In this document: positions 12,680 to 26,945 of the stretch, one piece after another
Layout of the letters: each line of letters opens with the position of its first letter
How positions within the stretch are numbered: the stretch's first letter is position 1
Notes under the pieces: model-generated
Told to the model about the DNA's origin: nothing
The model's database searches: none
What the model saw: only the letters and a program-made list of their open reading frames with translations
Translations under genes and position numbers: made by a program
From: Antechinus flavipes
Lineage: Eukaryota
Direction of reading: 5' to 3'
Assembly: GCF_016432865.1 (NCBI RefSeq)
Contig: NC_067398.1
Coordinates: 391,902,001 to 391,966,000 of the forward strand
Length of the DNA: 64,000 bases

Positions 12680-12865
12680 GAAGTCTGCTAAGTAAATTAT
12701 AAATATTATCTCATTTGATCCTCACAATAACCTTATAGGGTAGGTGCATTTATTATCTCCATTTTACAGTTGAAATTGTAGAAACAAAAGAAACAGAGAT
12801 GCCTAAGATCACATAGCTACTAACTGTTCAAGGTTGAATTTGAACTCAAGTCTTCCTGATTTCAG
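12680..12865 (-). mobile_element. MIR-type SINE
   Basis: ATTATCTCATTTGATCCTCACAATAACC...CATTTTACAG...GAACTCAAGTCTTCCTGA. Confidence 0.8.
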
Positions 12866-14239
12866 CTCTGATGTAAGGAGTAGAAATGTGAAGTTTGAAA
12901 AGACAAGAAAATAAAAGTTAAAGAGAAAAACTCCTATTAAACACCCACATGCCTAATTTCAGTATCAAATTCCAAAATATAAGAGAAATGCAAATGTAAG
13001 ATTATCTTTCTCCCAAATTGGGTTTCTTTCTAGGAATCTTGATTCACAGTATTAATAATGTTACTAAATTTTAGAAAGCTGTATTAAGGTTCCAGTCAAA
13101 TTACAAAGATATTTATAAATCATACAGCATGAATTTTAAAATTTCATTCTGTCAGTAGATGAAAGTAACACATTCTATTAGCTTTTTTTCTCCTTTTCCC
13201 ATGGAACTTTCAGACTATTTTCTTGTTAATAGACAGATATCTCTGAAATAAAAGTGGGGATTCTAAAATTTCAATATTTTCTTTTACTATTACCTATTGT
13301 TTTCTTCTTCATTGATTGTCTTCTAGAGTAAGAGGTTCTTTATATACTTTTTGTGGGCAGTTCTGTACAATATAGATCACAATCACCAATGCCTTATGTT
13401 GGGGTACCCTTGCCCCATGTCCTCTGAGAAATCCTCCACAGGTGATTCAACCTTCTGGGATCCTTCTTTGTTATTTTGTCAGTATAAAAAAGCAGCAATA
13501 TAGTTTAATTTTTTTCATTAATTTAATATTCTTGTTACAAATGTGTAAAATACAGGGAAATGTTATATAAGCCTAATAAAGCAATCCAATGATAGTACTC
13601 ATTTGATTTGAAACTCTAAATACTGAAATGAAACTCATTAAGGTTTTCAACATCTATAAATAAAGTTGGCAGAAATAAACAAATTGCAAAGTTATTTCAA
13701 TCCAGACATTTCAACAGCTGTAGTCATGGTCTATCAAGCTTAAAATATTTCTAATTGAAAAGCATATAGATGCCAGAAAAACTGAACAAAACAGAAACCT
13801 TTGAATTTATGATCTCAAAATATTACTGTTTGTGGAATTAACTAAGAAAGTAATGCCAATTTTCCACCTAAATTCCATCAAATATTCAAGATAAAGCCGT
13901 CACTAGTTAATAATTGGTTATTTTCCAAAACTCTATAAATTGGTTGCTTGAAATTCATAACACATTTTCCCCATAGAAACCATTTTATACAAAGCAGTTG
14001 CATTTACAAGTCAGTTCACCAAAGTCTATTTAACTCATAATATGAAATATAGTACTAAGGACACTGTAGGATTTAACGGTCAGGTATAATAATGGTCCTA
14101 TTATGAAATGATTTTCATGTTCCAACTTGGGATTTTAGGAATACATCTTCATTTATTGTAGCATGGTTAGTGGGGATCAAGAACTTTCTATACCATTATC
14201 TCCATCTTCTAAGCAATAGGAGTAGGGATACTCCCATCA

Positions 14240-14420
14240 CATGTGATTTAGAGCTGGAAAAGATCAGAGAGATCATCACATCCAACCATCTCATTTCACA
14301 TTTCCTTATCATGAAACTAATGCTCAAGAAGTGAAGTAAACACTTATCACATAGGTAATGCTAAGTCAGGAATCCAGCCCAAGTTCTTTGCCTCCAGCTA
14401 AGTGTTCTTCTATAGCATCA
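14240..14420 (-). mobile_element. MIR3-type SINE
   Basis: GATTTAGAGCTGGAAAAGATCAGAGAGATCATCACATCCAACCATCTCATTT. Confidence 0.7.
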
Positions 14421-16597
14421 AATTGATTCTTAATATTATGGAGAAAGGCTTTAGGAGGATAGAGATGAGTATTCCAATAGAAAAGTAATGGTGAGTAATG
14501 GGAAGTTGTGGATGATTTAGAACCTTGGATTAGTTCCTCTATTTTCATTTCATTTAAAGATCCCTTTAGTTGCCAATCTGCTTTCGTTTCTAGATATCAT
14601 TGATAGCTTCCCTCCAATATCTCTCTCCTTCTCCAATTCACTTCAGAACAATACAGTTTCTTCTTAAAATTCTTGTCCCTGAAGCAAGTATGGAGTCCTA
14701 ATATTTTGAAAGCAGGTTTGATTGCCAAAAACAGTGGGATAAATCAAGAAATAATAAATTAATATAGTAAGGCTATGTTTTTTAAAAATCCTTAGGTGAT
14801 GTTCCTTGAACTACTCTTCAAATTTTCCTCTTCTTATCACCTACATTTTGCCCTAAAATAAGACAAAAATAATTTTTTATATAAATAAATCTTTGGGTAC
14901 ACAAAAGAATGTACCAATTTTACATTTTACTCATATTTTAGATGAAATCCCAGAATCAGTATCTGTCTTCTTTCTTTATAATAGAAGATTAGCTGCAAAG
15001 AGAACATTTATTGGAAAAAAGGGAGAAGTGGATACCAAATTTGTTGAACATGAGTATGTAAGAAAGTTCAGGCCTCTAAAGAAATAAAGGATGAAAGCAA
15101 TGAAGAAAAGAAGAAAAAGATCCAGTTTAAAAAGAGAAAATGGTATAATGTGCAGATTAGCTCTCTGGAGGGCCTCAGGATCAGCCAGAGTCAGGATACA
15201 TCAAAGTCCTTGGTCTTTAGAGGAAGAAGTGAAGGAGGCAGGCAAGTTGCCATGCAGCTTGCCAAAGATGTATCCTCAATGCTGAAGTACAGATTCTCCA
15301 GCCTCTCTCCTCCTCGTTCTGTAGCCAAGTGACTCTGACTTCTCTCCTTCTGCCCTCCAAACCTTGCCTGTGATTATCTCAACACCAAACATTCAGCAAG
15401 CACCAATGGTGAGGAAAGCCATCACATCACCATCTCATCTATATATATAGAGAGAGCCATTATCTCACATCAAATAGATAATTAATTCAAGTACTCAGTT
15501 GTCTGATTCAAACATAACTTTTTGGAGTTTCAGCCCTCTACAAAAGGGGAATTCTTAAGTTCCTGTTTAGCAGTCTAGAATCACAACAGAAGCTATCTAA
15601 TTCAACTCACACTTTAACCAGAATTACCTGAGTCTAGCATTAAGGATCTGCTGCATGCCTGTAGGATACTATACCACTCTGTTCTATTCTCAGTTAGAAT
15701 AGTTCAGGTGTTAGAGAACTTCTTTCTTATGAAAGGAGTTTGGATCCTTTGCCTAATACTCAAAATACTTAAAACTAAGGTTATGGTTCCCAAGTCTAGA
15801 GTCTCCCCTCAAAAGGAAAAATAATAAAAGTCAATGGACAATATATATGATAAATACTTCATTTCTTCATACCAAAAGAATGCTAAACATAGAACATTCA
15901 CAAGAATGAATTAACAGAATCACTTGGCAGTATCTTACTGTTTTGGCCAGATTTGGGCCAGTCCTCTTCCTGGTGGGAATCATCTTCTCTAAAAGCCTTG
16001 GGGATTCTTAGAATCTTAAAAATTTCCAGGGACTCCCCTTGGAATCTATTTGGCTTTATCATCCAATGGGAACTTCTGACTTCTCAAGCTTTTAAAGTTA
16101 CCTCCAATCCTGGATAAATTTACTTCAGAATATTTGTTTCCCTAAGACCAGGCAAGAAGAAACACAAAATGGACAAAGGCAGTAGGAGCCACAGTATAAA
16201 ACAAGCTTACCTATACTTACTGCTACAGGGGTGGAAAAAAAGATCTGTTTTTTTTTTTTCCTATCCAGCACTGGAATCACATGATCTTACTTGAAGAATT
16301 GTACCAAGATAGTGATAGCTGGAATCTATTTCCTCTTGTAACTACTGATGCACTCTGATTCCTACCCTCTGCTGTCACCATGAATTGGGGAGATGACCAA
16401 AGAACTTTTCAGGGTTTGTTTGTCATATCATACCAGATTGCCAAATCTTTTCATTATTGTGTTATTTTATATTAAGATGCAGCCAGGGAATTCCTTATCA
16501 TCAACACATCCAAATAATAATGAATCATATACTTATGCAGAAGCCTGCAAAAATACCTAAGCATTCTCTCTCTTCCTCCTTTCCTCCTTCCTCTCCC

Positions 16598-16740
16598 NNN
16601 NNNNNNNNNNNNNNNNNNNNNNNNNNNNNNNNNNNNNNNNNNNNNNNNNNNNNNNNNNNNNNNNNNNNNNNNNNNNNNNNNNNNNNNNNNNNNNNNNNNN
16701 NNNNNNNNNNNNNNNNNNNNNNNNNNNNNNNNNNNNNNNN
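16598..16740. other. Assembly gap (143 N) abutting a CT-rich repeat
   Basis: N run read directly. Confidence 1.
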
Positions 16741-18282
16741 GTCAACTAGTTATCTAATCTTTGCTTAGAGACCTCAAATAAAGCAAAGAATCAAGCTATT
16801 CTACCATTAGATAGCCCCAATAGAAGTGTTTCATTATATGAGGCTAAAATATGCCTCTGTCATTTACATTCATTATTATCTGAATACAGACAGACTCTGC
16901 TCTCAGAGAGTTTATAATCTAATAAAGAAAGGATACAGGAACTCAGAAATATTATTCAGTATTACCAGAAGACAAAATTCTACATGTGATAATATGGAGG
17001 GAAGGAAAAGTAGAGGACACTGTGATCAGTGCCTAGTAATCTTTAACAGACAAAACCAGAGCATGACTTGATCTCTTCTGTCATATATACCATCAATCAC
17101 TTGATTACCCTTCAGTCTTTGACTTTGCACAAAGTTATTTGAAAGAATCAGAACACTTGTAACTTGTACTGGTAACTTGTAATTTACTTGTAACTTAAAC
17201 CTGTTTAGCATCTCCATTCATGCCAAGAAAACTGTTTCTGCTAGGATTCTTACAAAGGCATTCTGGTATATATTATTAATCAGAATATTATAAGTAGATG
17301 AAAACAAGTCACCATTCAGCACTCACATTATCCAGCATGATTATTCTCCTTCAGTAAACACATCAACCAATGACAAGCAAGACAAAAGTCTAAAAGTCCA
17401 GTTTCCCCCATCTGTCACAAAGAACTAGCAAAAGTATTTGTCCAGGACTTTTTATACACAACAAAATCTTTGCAATATTTGTGATATAGAAATCCAGGAC
17501 CCTCCATTATCTCTCCCATGTGCATTTAAGGAACTACCTGGCATCAGTCTTGTACTTAGCAAATGATGGCTCTGTTTTTTATATTTTCATCCCTATCAAG
17601 TGTGGACATTTAACTAACATTTCCATTTGTATAGCATTGATTGGTTCTAAAGGAGTTTTCTTTTCCCCATGCAACATTAATTCAACTACCTTACTAACAT
17701 ATTTTTACTAATGCAATCAGAGAAAGAAAAGTCTTGGGCTCTTACAAATAGATTGTTATTAATTTTTTTATATGTATTTTTGATCCACACATCTTTGTCT
17801 CCTCTGTCACTCACAACCAAATCTGATGCTTGCAATATTCTATCCAAATCTTTGTAGGCAGGACCTGTAAGAGAACCCTAAGGAAGAGGTGAGTCAGGGC
17901 TTCTAGAATAAGTGGAATTAACTAAGAAAAATGTGGAAAGGTTTGATTATAAATAATCTTAAAAGGGTAGTAGAAGAGGAAGTCTAATAAATTCTCTATC
18001 CATGAGTAGATTGTTGTATCTGATATTTTGATATCCTGAGGAAACCAACCTTTGACTCGTTCTATTTTGCTTTCACTACCTACCTTACCTCTATAGACAA
18101 CAATGAGATAGTCATCTGATTAGGAACATTCCTTAATTTTCCTTTAAAAGTCTTACCTAAAATTAACACACATTTATTTATTTTAAGAGGATAATTGCCC
18201 TACTCAGTTTAAAGGGATTCACTGTGTGTTCTCATTTTAGTGTCTTTAAAAAAGAAACAAACAACATATCTTCCAGTATTTG

Positions 18283-18470
18283 TTGTTTGGTTGTTTTTCA
18301 GTCATGCTCGACTCTTTATGATCCCATTTGGGATTTTCTTTTCAAAGATATTGGAGTGGTTTTTCATTTCCTTCTCCAGCCCATTTTACAAATGAGGAAT
18401 TGAGGCAGTGTTAAGCTACTTGCCCAGAGTTATACAACTAGATTTGAATGGCACACAGTTAAATTTTATG
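18283..18470 (-). mobile_element. Mar1-like CORE-SINE
   Basis: Reverse complement of the same tail: TTGTTGTTTGGTTGTTTTTCAGTCATG...GATATTGGAGTGGTTTTTCATTTCCTTCTCC. Confidence 0.82.
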
Positions 18471-20394
18471 ACTCATGAAGATGAGTCTTCCTGACTTGAG
18501 ACCCAACACTCTATTCACTGCATCATTTAGCTGTCCCTCTAGTATACTGAATGTTGAAATATCAGCAAGAGTACTAAGATGTCCTTTCAATGATATAAAA
18601 GCTATTCATTTGTACTCTACACCATCATTTAGTGTCACAATGAGAAGTTGTGGTTCTCTGCCATAGATGGTTAAAAATCCTCTCTGGAGTGTTTACACCA
18701 AAAAAGCTTTTCCAAGGCTTTTCTTTCATTTTCCTTTAAATTTTTTTTTAAAGAAAGAATGGGTAGAAAAAGAGGAAGAAGAAAATACAATTCTACTATT
18801 CACAATTTTCTCTCTGATCAAATAGGGTTATTTTTTATCTTTTTTAAACTTTTCACAATTTGGCCCCAATACATTTTTCTATACTTATATACATTGCTCC
18901 CCTTCTCACATTCTACAATTCAGTTAAATTTGCTTTCTTACCTTGCAGGTACCTATGAATAACAATTCATTTTTTTTGTTTCTACATCATTGCACTAGCT
19001 ATTCCTCATGTGTAAAATTCACTCTCACTTTACCACTATTTTTTAGGATATTTCATTTCTTTCAAAATACTAGTCAAGTAATATCTAGGTGAATCTTGCT
19101 CTTCCACTTTGTAGTGCCCTTATTCCTCTAAATTTACCTTGTATTTTAAATGAATATATTTACATCTATATTTCTTCTCTAAAAGAATGTAATTTTGAAA
19201 GCAGAGGCTGTTCATTTTTCTCTTTGTAACTTAAGCACCTAGTGCTCGTGTACATTTCATATACTTAATAAATTTTTATTGATTTATTGAGTGTCTTTAT
19301 ATCCCAAATCTTAGAGAGTGATAGTCAAAATCAAGAGATCTGTACAAACTTACTGACAAAAAATTGCTCTTGATAGATTTTTAGGTAGGGACAATCAGAG
19401 TTGACTTTTTAACATTAGTGCTCCTCTGTAATTCCTCTGCCCTATATAGATAGCTTACTTACAACAACTCTTTCCTTTAACCAGATATTGCCAGCAATTA
19501 CTCTATCTCATTTCTGCTTCTTATTCTTGTTTCCCAAATCTTTCCTTAGTTTCTCACATGAGATCATTTTTATCACCAGCATCAACCACTGTCTCTTGAA
19601 ATTCTGGTGTTCTCCTTAGCTATCAGGAGACTGCACTCCTTCCTTTCCCAAGGTATCAGTCATCTATTGACTAGCCCATATTGGAAACTTATGGGTTTTT
19701 TAAGTTCAAAAAATACAGCTCTTTTATCCTTAAGCTTTCTTTTGCTTACTGGTCCTCACATTCCCCAGATCTGACACAAGAGATTATATGAACAATCTCT
19801 ATTTGCAGAATCTGTTTCCAATTCTATGTAGGTTCCTGTTGACTGATTGTCATTTGCCTCATTTTTCCCCAATGTAAAGGTGCTGTACCTTCTGCTTGAA
19901 TTAACAATTACCAATGGGACTAAGGACTCAGGGAGAGAACACCTATCTTCATTGTCTCTCTCTTGACAAAGGGGCCTCAAAGAATTATTCCCATTCAAAT
20001 ATTCCTTCCAAAAGCACCTAGAAAGAGGATTAATTATGAAGTTAGATACCAGAATAACATATGAAGGGGAAGAAGAGAGAAAAATTATGTAGTCATATTT
20101 GCTGAACATCCATTCCTCCAGGTATAACTAGAAATGAAATGACTGCCTCTTCTCCTTTCTGCCATTCTGAAGACTATCAATCCTTCAAGACCTATGTAAT
20201 TGATATTTTGCCTGCTACTCTAGTCATCACTAATCTATTCCTTTTCTGAACAAATATATCAATATAATTTATATCTTAAAATTTTGCATTTAATCATATA
20301 CTGTCTGTCTTTTCCCCAATAACATATATTAGTCTTGTCTCTTTCACTAGACTTTACATTCCTTAAGACATTAAAGTCTTTTAAGAGAGCACTG

Positions 20395-20770
20395 AACACA
20401 GTAACAAGATTATGTGATGATCAACTATACTGAACTTGGTTCTTTTCAACAATGATATAATTCAAAGCAATTCCAATAGCCTTGGGATGAAAAGTATCAT
20501 GTGCATTCAGAAAGAGAACTAAGGAGACTGAATGTGCATCAAAGCATAGTATTTCTACCTTTTTGTTATTGCTGTTGTTTGCTTGTTATTTTTCTCTTTC
20601 CCTTTTGATCTGATTTTTTTTTTTGCACAGCATGATGAATATGGAAATATTAGTAGAACTGCACATGTTAAACCTGTATTGGGGAGGCAGGAGGAAGGAA
20701 AGAACACAAAGCGTTGCTAAGATAAATGTTGAAAACTCTCTTTGCATGTATTTGGAAAAATAAAATACCA
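20395..20770 (+). mobile_element. Short L1 3' end (mostly 3'UTR)
   Basis: GCACAGTAACAAGATTATGTGATGATCAACT...GAGACTGAATGTGCATCAAAGCATAG...TGCATGTATTTGGAAAAATAAAA matches the 3'UTR seen at 7180-7610. Confidence 0.85.
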
Positions 20771-21050
20771 TTGGGGAAATAGATTAAATTCTTAAGGTCA
20801 AAGATTAGGTCTCATACTTCTGCCATCTTCATTATACACAGCACAGTATTAAACTTACAGCATTTATTCATTAAATGCTGTCATTGCAACATTTTTCATT
20901 GTCTCAAAAGTTATCGCAGTTGATATGACAGGATAAAATCCAGACATTGTTAATGGCATGTATATTTATTATTCAGTTCATTTCTTCCTTGTTATACAGA
21001 AAAGAAAATAGAATGATTGGTTTTGTAGTTAGGACCATGGACAACTTTTT

Positions 21051-21825
21051 AAAAAAATTATTATAGCTTTTTATTTACAAGACATATGCATGGGTAATTT
21101 TTCAGTATTGACCCTTGCAAAACTTTCTGTTCCAACTTTTCCCCTCTTTCCCCCCACTCCCTCCCCTAGATGCTAGGTAGACCAATACATATTAAATATG
21201 TTAAAGTACGTGTTAAACACAATATATGCATACATATCCATACAGTTATTTTGCTGCACAAGAAAAATTGGACTTAGAAATAAAGTAAAAATAACCTGAG
21301 AAGGAAATCAAAAATGCAAGTGGACAAAAACAGAAGTAGAAATGCTATGTTGTAATTCACACTCATTTCCCATATTCTTTCACTGGGTATAGCTGATTAT
21401 CTTCATTATTGAACAAATAGAACTGATTTGGTTCATCTTATTGTTGAAGAGAGCCATGTCCATCAGAATTGATCATCATTTAGTATTGTTGTTGAAGTGT
21501 ATAATGATCTCCTGATTCTGCTCATCTCATTCAGCATCAGTTCATGTAAATCTCTCCAGGCCTTTCTGAAATCATCCTGCTGGTCATTTCTTACAGAACA
21601 ATAATATTCCATAACATTCACATACCACAACTTATTCAGCCATTCTCCAATTGATGGGCATCCATTCAATTTCCAGTTTGTAAATACTACAAAAAGAGTT
21701 GCCACAAACATTCCTGCACATACAGGTCCCTTTCCCTGCTTTAAGATCTCTTTGGAATATAAACCCAGTAGTAACACTGCTGGATCAAAGGGTATGCACA
21801 GTTTGATAACTTTTTGAGCATAGTT
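21051..21825 (-). mobile_element. L1 3' end with TSD
   Basis: Antisense ORF2 tail NYAQKVIKLCIPFDPAV...; TSD CATGGACAACTTTTT (21036-21050) / CATGGACATATTTTT (21826-21840). Confidence 0.92.
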
Positions 21826-22029
21826 CATGGACATATTTTTGAATGTAAACTTTGGACTGCATAGCTGGGCACTGAGAACTAAAAGATCATTCAGAACAAC
21901 CAACAAAGATATGCCTATTCCTCCCCCTCCCAAGAACTTAAAAGAATTTCTGCTATACTTTAGAGGACAATCATGATGACATTTTTTTTAAATACCAAAG
22001 AAAAGCAGCAGTAGTAATAAAATAATAAT

Positions 22030-22230
22030 ATAATAGCAGATAGTATTTTAAGATTTGCAAATGTTTTACAAATATTTTATTTGATCTTCACAAATCTGAG
22101 AGCTAAGTATTATCTTCGTTTTATATGTGAAGAAACTGAGTCATATAGAGGATTAAGTGACTTGCCCAGGTTATACAGCCAGTAAATTTGAACTCAGGTC
22201 TTCCTGACTTAAATGAAGATTCTATCCTCT
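22030..22230 (-). mobile_element. MIR-type SINE
   Basis: Reverse CORE GAAGAAACTGAGTC...TTAAGTGACTTGCCCAGG. Confidence 0.78.
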
Positions 22231-22336
22231 GTACCACATGAATGATATTATGTGTCAGTATGCATACTAACCAATAATTAGTGCTTCCATTGTATTACTT
22301 CATCCTCAAGATTTAAAACAGGGTAAGGTATGAAGG

Positions 22337-22400
22337 TAGGAAGCAGCTGGGTAACTCAGTGGATGGTACATTGAGCTTGGAATCAGGAAGACCTGAATTG
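22337..22400 (+). mobile_element. tRNA-derived SINE head fragment
   Basis: GGAAGCAGCTGGGTAACTCAGTGGATGG...GAATCAGGAAGACCTGAAT. Confidence 0.6.
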
Positions 22401-23819
22401 GACACAAAACCTGCAAGTGACCAGAAAATGACATAAAACAAAACAATGTATTGAATGTTTGATGGTCTATTAGAACACTCCCCTTTCAAATGTTCTGTAG
22501 GACAGCTATAATACTGGAACAATTCTATTCAAGAGAAAAATGATAACATTGGGTATTCCTTCTTCTTCTCTCCCCCCAAAAAGAAATGAACCTTGACAAA
22601 CAGAAAGTTTGCTATATTCCATGTTGGATAACAGTATATGTTAATCTCTCATGCTTATAGCCTTTGATACCTGAGCTAGTAATTCTTTTTATTACATTGT
22701 CTGGGCATTATCTTTTCTGAAAAAATATTTAATTGATCACTATAGGAAAACTTAAAATCAATATTTGAGAAATATTTTGTTCTACCTTCAGATTTGTGTA
22801 TAATATTGCATCATGTACTTTATAATAAAGGCACTCAATAATAAAATAACAATGAAATAAAGTATCAGATTGAAGTGTTTAGACAAGCAAACAATATGCA
22901 TGCATAAGAGAATATGAAGATAAATATGCACAATTAAAATAACTATACAATTATAAATAAAGGTCTCAAAAGAATAAGTATATTCACAATATGTAATGAC
23001 TAAATAATATCAATCATACATTAATGATTCATGTTAATTACGTTTGAGTCAATGTAGAATGAGTGAAGTGATGAAACATACTCAGCAAATTTATTCAGTC
23101 TTTGTAATAAGAAGCTAATATAAGTTCCATTTTCCAGAGCTTGTTTTGCTGCTGGATTAGCTGTATAATTGCCTTCACTCTTCCCTTCATTTTATAATTA
23201 CATAACTTGTGCTTTCAGAAAATACAGAATCTTAATATATCCGTGTACAGAAAGATATGATGCTATATAATTCTATAAATTATATAGAATAATTTGGACT
23301 GGACTAGTTACTCTACCTTTCTGGGCCTCAGCTTTCTTAGCAGTAAAATCAGTGAGTTGGACTAATTTATAATCTTTTACATCCTTCTCAATTATAAATC
23401 ACACAATTCTGTGAATTTTGCATGAATAAAGGGTTTTAGAAACTCTACAAAAATGTCCCATCAGCCTTTAGCATAAGTGCAGATGTGAGTTAAACATTAT
23501 TCTTTCCAGTAGAGGGAAGCATGGAGTATTTCAAAAACTTGAACTGGTTTTGCTATGTAGAAGCAAAGATGGAGAAAAAGTTAAAACCAAATGCTTTTAA
23601 AAATGTTTTCTATTGATTTCAGAAATAAGGAAAGAAAAATAAAAATTGGCACTTAAAATATGTTAATTTTGAAAAATTCTGGACTTGAGTGATATTTTAC
23701 TTAAAAATTGACCGATTAAAAATAGACAGCTTCTATTAGAAGATATGATTAAAATATTAAAAACTAATAACTTTAGTATATTGAATTTTTAAAAATCACA
23801 CCTCCAAAAACAGCACTGG

Positions 23820-24450
23820 GAACTTATGAATAGACAAACTTTCATGTGGGAAAAAACTTTGTTATTTTAGTGAGCTAAAATCTAACTATGAGTGAGCAGT
23901 ATGACATGGAAGCCAGAAAAATTGATGTGATACTGTATCACATTAATGGAAGCATAGATAACAGAATGACAGAGGTAATATTAGACCAAATTTAAAGTAC
24001 TATAAATCCTACATCTTAAGAAGGACAATAGCAAATTGGAAATTCCAAAGGATAGTTATCAGAATGATAAAAGGACTAAAACCTGATCAAAAGAGGATCT
24101 ATTGAAAAAACTAGGATTATTTAGCTTGTAGAAAGGATGACTTAAGGGAGAACATGATAGTCACTTTCAACATTTGAAAAATTGTCAACTTTTGTTTAAT
24201 TTAAAAATATACAACTAGCATTATATATATGGAATTTGTAAAAAAGGCATATTCTGTTTGATGTAAAGAAAATTTTCTTATCATTAGACCTGTCAAAATA
24301 TATAATAGATTGCCATGGAAGGTAATGTGTTTTCCATCATCCCTGGTCTTCAAGAGAAGTCTGCATCAGAATTCATAATCATGTTATAGATGGAATTCAT
24401 GATTTGGATATGTGTTTGAATAGGGATCTTTCAGGTCCTTTGTAATTCTA
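23820..24450 (+). mobile_element. CR1/L3 3' fragment
   Basis: GAGTGAGCAGTATGACATGGAAGCCAGAAAA...TTATTTAGCTTGTAGAAAGGATGACTTAAGGGAGAACATGATAG...GGTCCTTTGTAATTCTAAGAATT. Confidence 0.8.
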
Positions 24451-24474
24451 AGAATTGCATTAAAAATGCACATT

Positions 24475-24626
24475 GGGGCAGCTAGTTGGTACAGTGGATA
24501 AAGCACCAGCCCTGAAGTCAGGAGGACCTGAGTTCAAATCTGGTCTCAGACACTTAACATTTTCTGACTTAGATCCTAGGCAAGTCACTTAACCCTAACT
24601 GGCTAAGCAAGAAAAAAAAAAAAAAA
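24475..24626 (+). mobile_element. WSINE1-like short marsupial SINE
   Basis: GGGGCAGCTAGTTGGTACAGTGGATAAAGCACCAGCCCTGAAGTCAGGAGGACCTGAGTTCAAATC...polyA; degenerate TSD AAAATGCACAT/AGAATGCAGAT. Confidence 0.9.
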
Positions 24627-26739
24627 CAGAATGCAGATGCATCAATGTAAATCCATCGTCACTATTAGATAAACAACAAAGTATATTTTTCTAATGGCAA
24701 GTAGTTATTTTGGTATTTGTACTATTAGTCTTCCATAAATAATGTGTTTGTCAAAATTGAACTTGTGCCAAATATATCTTTAAAAAGATATATTTAACAT
24801 TATCCTCCTTCTTGCAATGCCCTCCTATTTCTTCTTGATCTATATGCTAATTCATCAGAAAACTACTTATGACATACCTTCTCTAAGAAGCATTCCCTCA
24901 TTTGCTTCTCTATCCTATGTTCACAAATGTGCATATGATGAATATATATTATGATTCACTTGAATTTATGCTAGAAGCAATGAAAGTGGTGGCTTGCATT
25001 GTATATGAAATAAGGAGAAACATGTTTGAATCCTGTCTCCAACACTGTGAAATCAGGCTCTTAAACTAGGTCTCAGTTTACTCATTTATAAAATGGAGAA
25101 TACTTACTTCACAGGGTTGGTAGGAATATGAACTGAGAGAATGTATGTAAAAGTGCCTTGGGATTACTAATGCACTTCAAAAATATTCTCTATTAGTACT
25201 AATGGTAAGGTGTACTCTGTATCAGTTGCCTAGTTATTCATGTTTTATATCAGCATGATATGCTTGACGGAACATAGGACTCAAACTAAAATGATTTGCT
25301 TTGAATGCTGGCTACACCACTGATTAACTGTATTATCTATTTTGGGCAAGTTTCTTTATCTCATTGGGCTCAACTTTCCCATTCTTATAAAGTGATGAAG
25401 TCATATTATTTGATCTCTGTGGTCCCTTCTATTGTAAACTTCTGGTTCCATAAGTGTGTTCAGGTAAGTTGGAATCTTTTTTTTTTTTCAATTGTGTAAA
25501 AAGAAAGCTTATTTTCTTTGAACAGAGCAAGCAAAATATTGAGATTGAATGCCACTCTTTCCCCTTTTGCTTGAGGAGACCTCTCTGCAAGCCAAGAACA
25601 TGAAATATCACCAATTTTCAAGAAAGTATAAATAAGTAGAAGATTAAAATTCCCATGACTTCTGTGAAAATTTGGCATAGAAAATATTTGTGAATATGAA
25701 AAACAGTATTTAAGATATCAAAAAGAAATTGATAAAAAGTGGCTGGAGTTAGAGAAGCTGAAGACTTGACTAAATATTCAATTTGAATATAAGCTTTTGT
25801 GATGAGAGGCTTCTTATTGCAAACCCCTATGTGGATTTTTTACTGGATATGTTTTTGCTGGGTACTAACAAAGTCCTATTCTGATTCCTTGTTATGGTGT
25901 TGAGTGGACCATGGATTCTCAAAACTTATGCCAGAAGAGTATATGCTTTGGAAAGATATATCAAGCTGAAAAGGCTTTGAGTGGGAGCTCAGCAGCAAGC
26001 TGTGTGTATGATGTTAATAGTAATAAATAGGAAATTTTTTGTTTGTTTGTTTTGTGTGGTTTCTTTTTGTTTCCATAACTGATGGTAGCCAAGTGGAGGA
26101 AAAAGCAGAGGTTTTTTAGTACCAAACACTTTTTAGAATATCTACAAACATTAAAGTAACTCTTGGTATTCTGGTCACAATCTTTGTTCAGTGATAAAAA
26201 ATACTGACATACTACTAGAGGAATTGAACCATATCCATATGACATTTTCCCCATAAATGAAAATGGAATGAACAAAGAATTTGCAGCTAAATGGAAGGCT
26301 GGTTCCCAGTTTTCCTTAGAAAAGTGAATAACAAAATTGACCGAATTAGCCTCACACAAGAGCAAAAAGGTGTATTACTTTATGGGAAAATTGGTTCTTT
26401 TGTACTGACAAAATACTCCAAGCTCCTGAATCTAAGGCAGCATACCATAATGATTTAATTGTAGATTATACGATATCTAGTGTGGAAAATGAAAAAGTAA
26501 AGAGCTTTTGACTATTTATGAACTTTGTTATGAGTTAAATAAAATCTGTCCTGTATTATATCTTTTTAATTCCTCTCTTTATATGGGAACTGAAGACATT
26601 TTCTTTTCTTTTCTTTTCTTTTCTTTTTTTAATCAAGGGAAGACCTATACTTGAGCCAAATAGAACCATGAGTGAGGGTAAACATCGGTAGTGGATGACA
26701 TGACTTCCTAAGTTGGTGGGAAGGAAATAAACATTTTAT

Positions 26740-26945
26740 ACCTCACTTTCTATGTGTCTGGGACTGTGCTAAGTATCTCACAAATATAATTTCTTTTCAT
26801 ATTCACAATAACCCTGCAAAGCTGTTATTATCTCCATTTTAGAGTTAAAGAAACAGGCAGACAGAGGTTAAGTGGTTAAATGGCTGTGACACAGCTAATA
26901 TTTATCTGAGGTAAAATTTGAACACAGGTCTTCTTTGACTCCATT
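26740..26945 (-). mobile_element. MIR-type SINE
   Basis: GGGACTGTGCTAAG...TTATTATCTCCATTTTAG...AGAGGTTAAGTG. Confidence 0.75.

Noticed and set aside
13900-14070. Possible Tigger-like DNA transposon relic (ACATTTTCCCCATAGAAACC; ends ACTGTA)
   Set aside because: I could not find the matching 5' terminal inverted repeat; a RepeatMasker run is needed.
14893-15087. ORF ending ...VEHEYVRKFRPLKK, faintly like SRD5A1 EHHEWYLRKF
   Set aside because: Only a few residues match, the flanking conserved residues are absent, there is no exon structure, and the start is TTG; chance similarity.
16598-16740. X-containing ORFs spanning the N gap
   Set aside because: Artefacts of translating Ns; the gap most likely hides an unresolved CT-rich microsatellite.
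19756-20109. 117-aa minus-strand ORF; likewise the 134-aa ORF at 25961-26365 and the 133-aa ORF at 11965-12366
   Set aside because: No recognisable domain or splice context, and the composition reflects AT-rich or low-complexity DNA.
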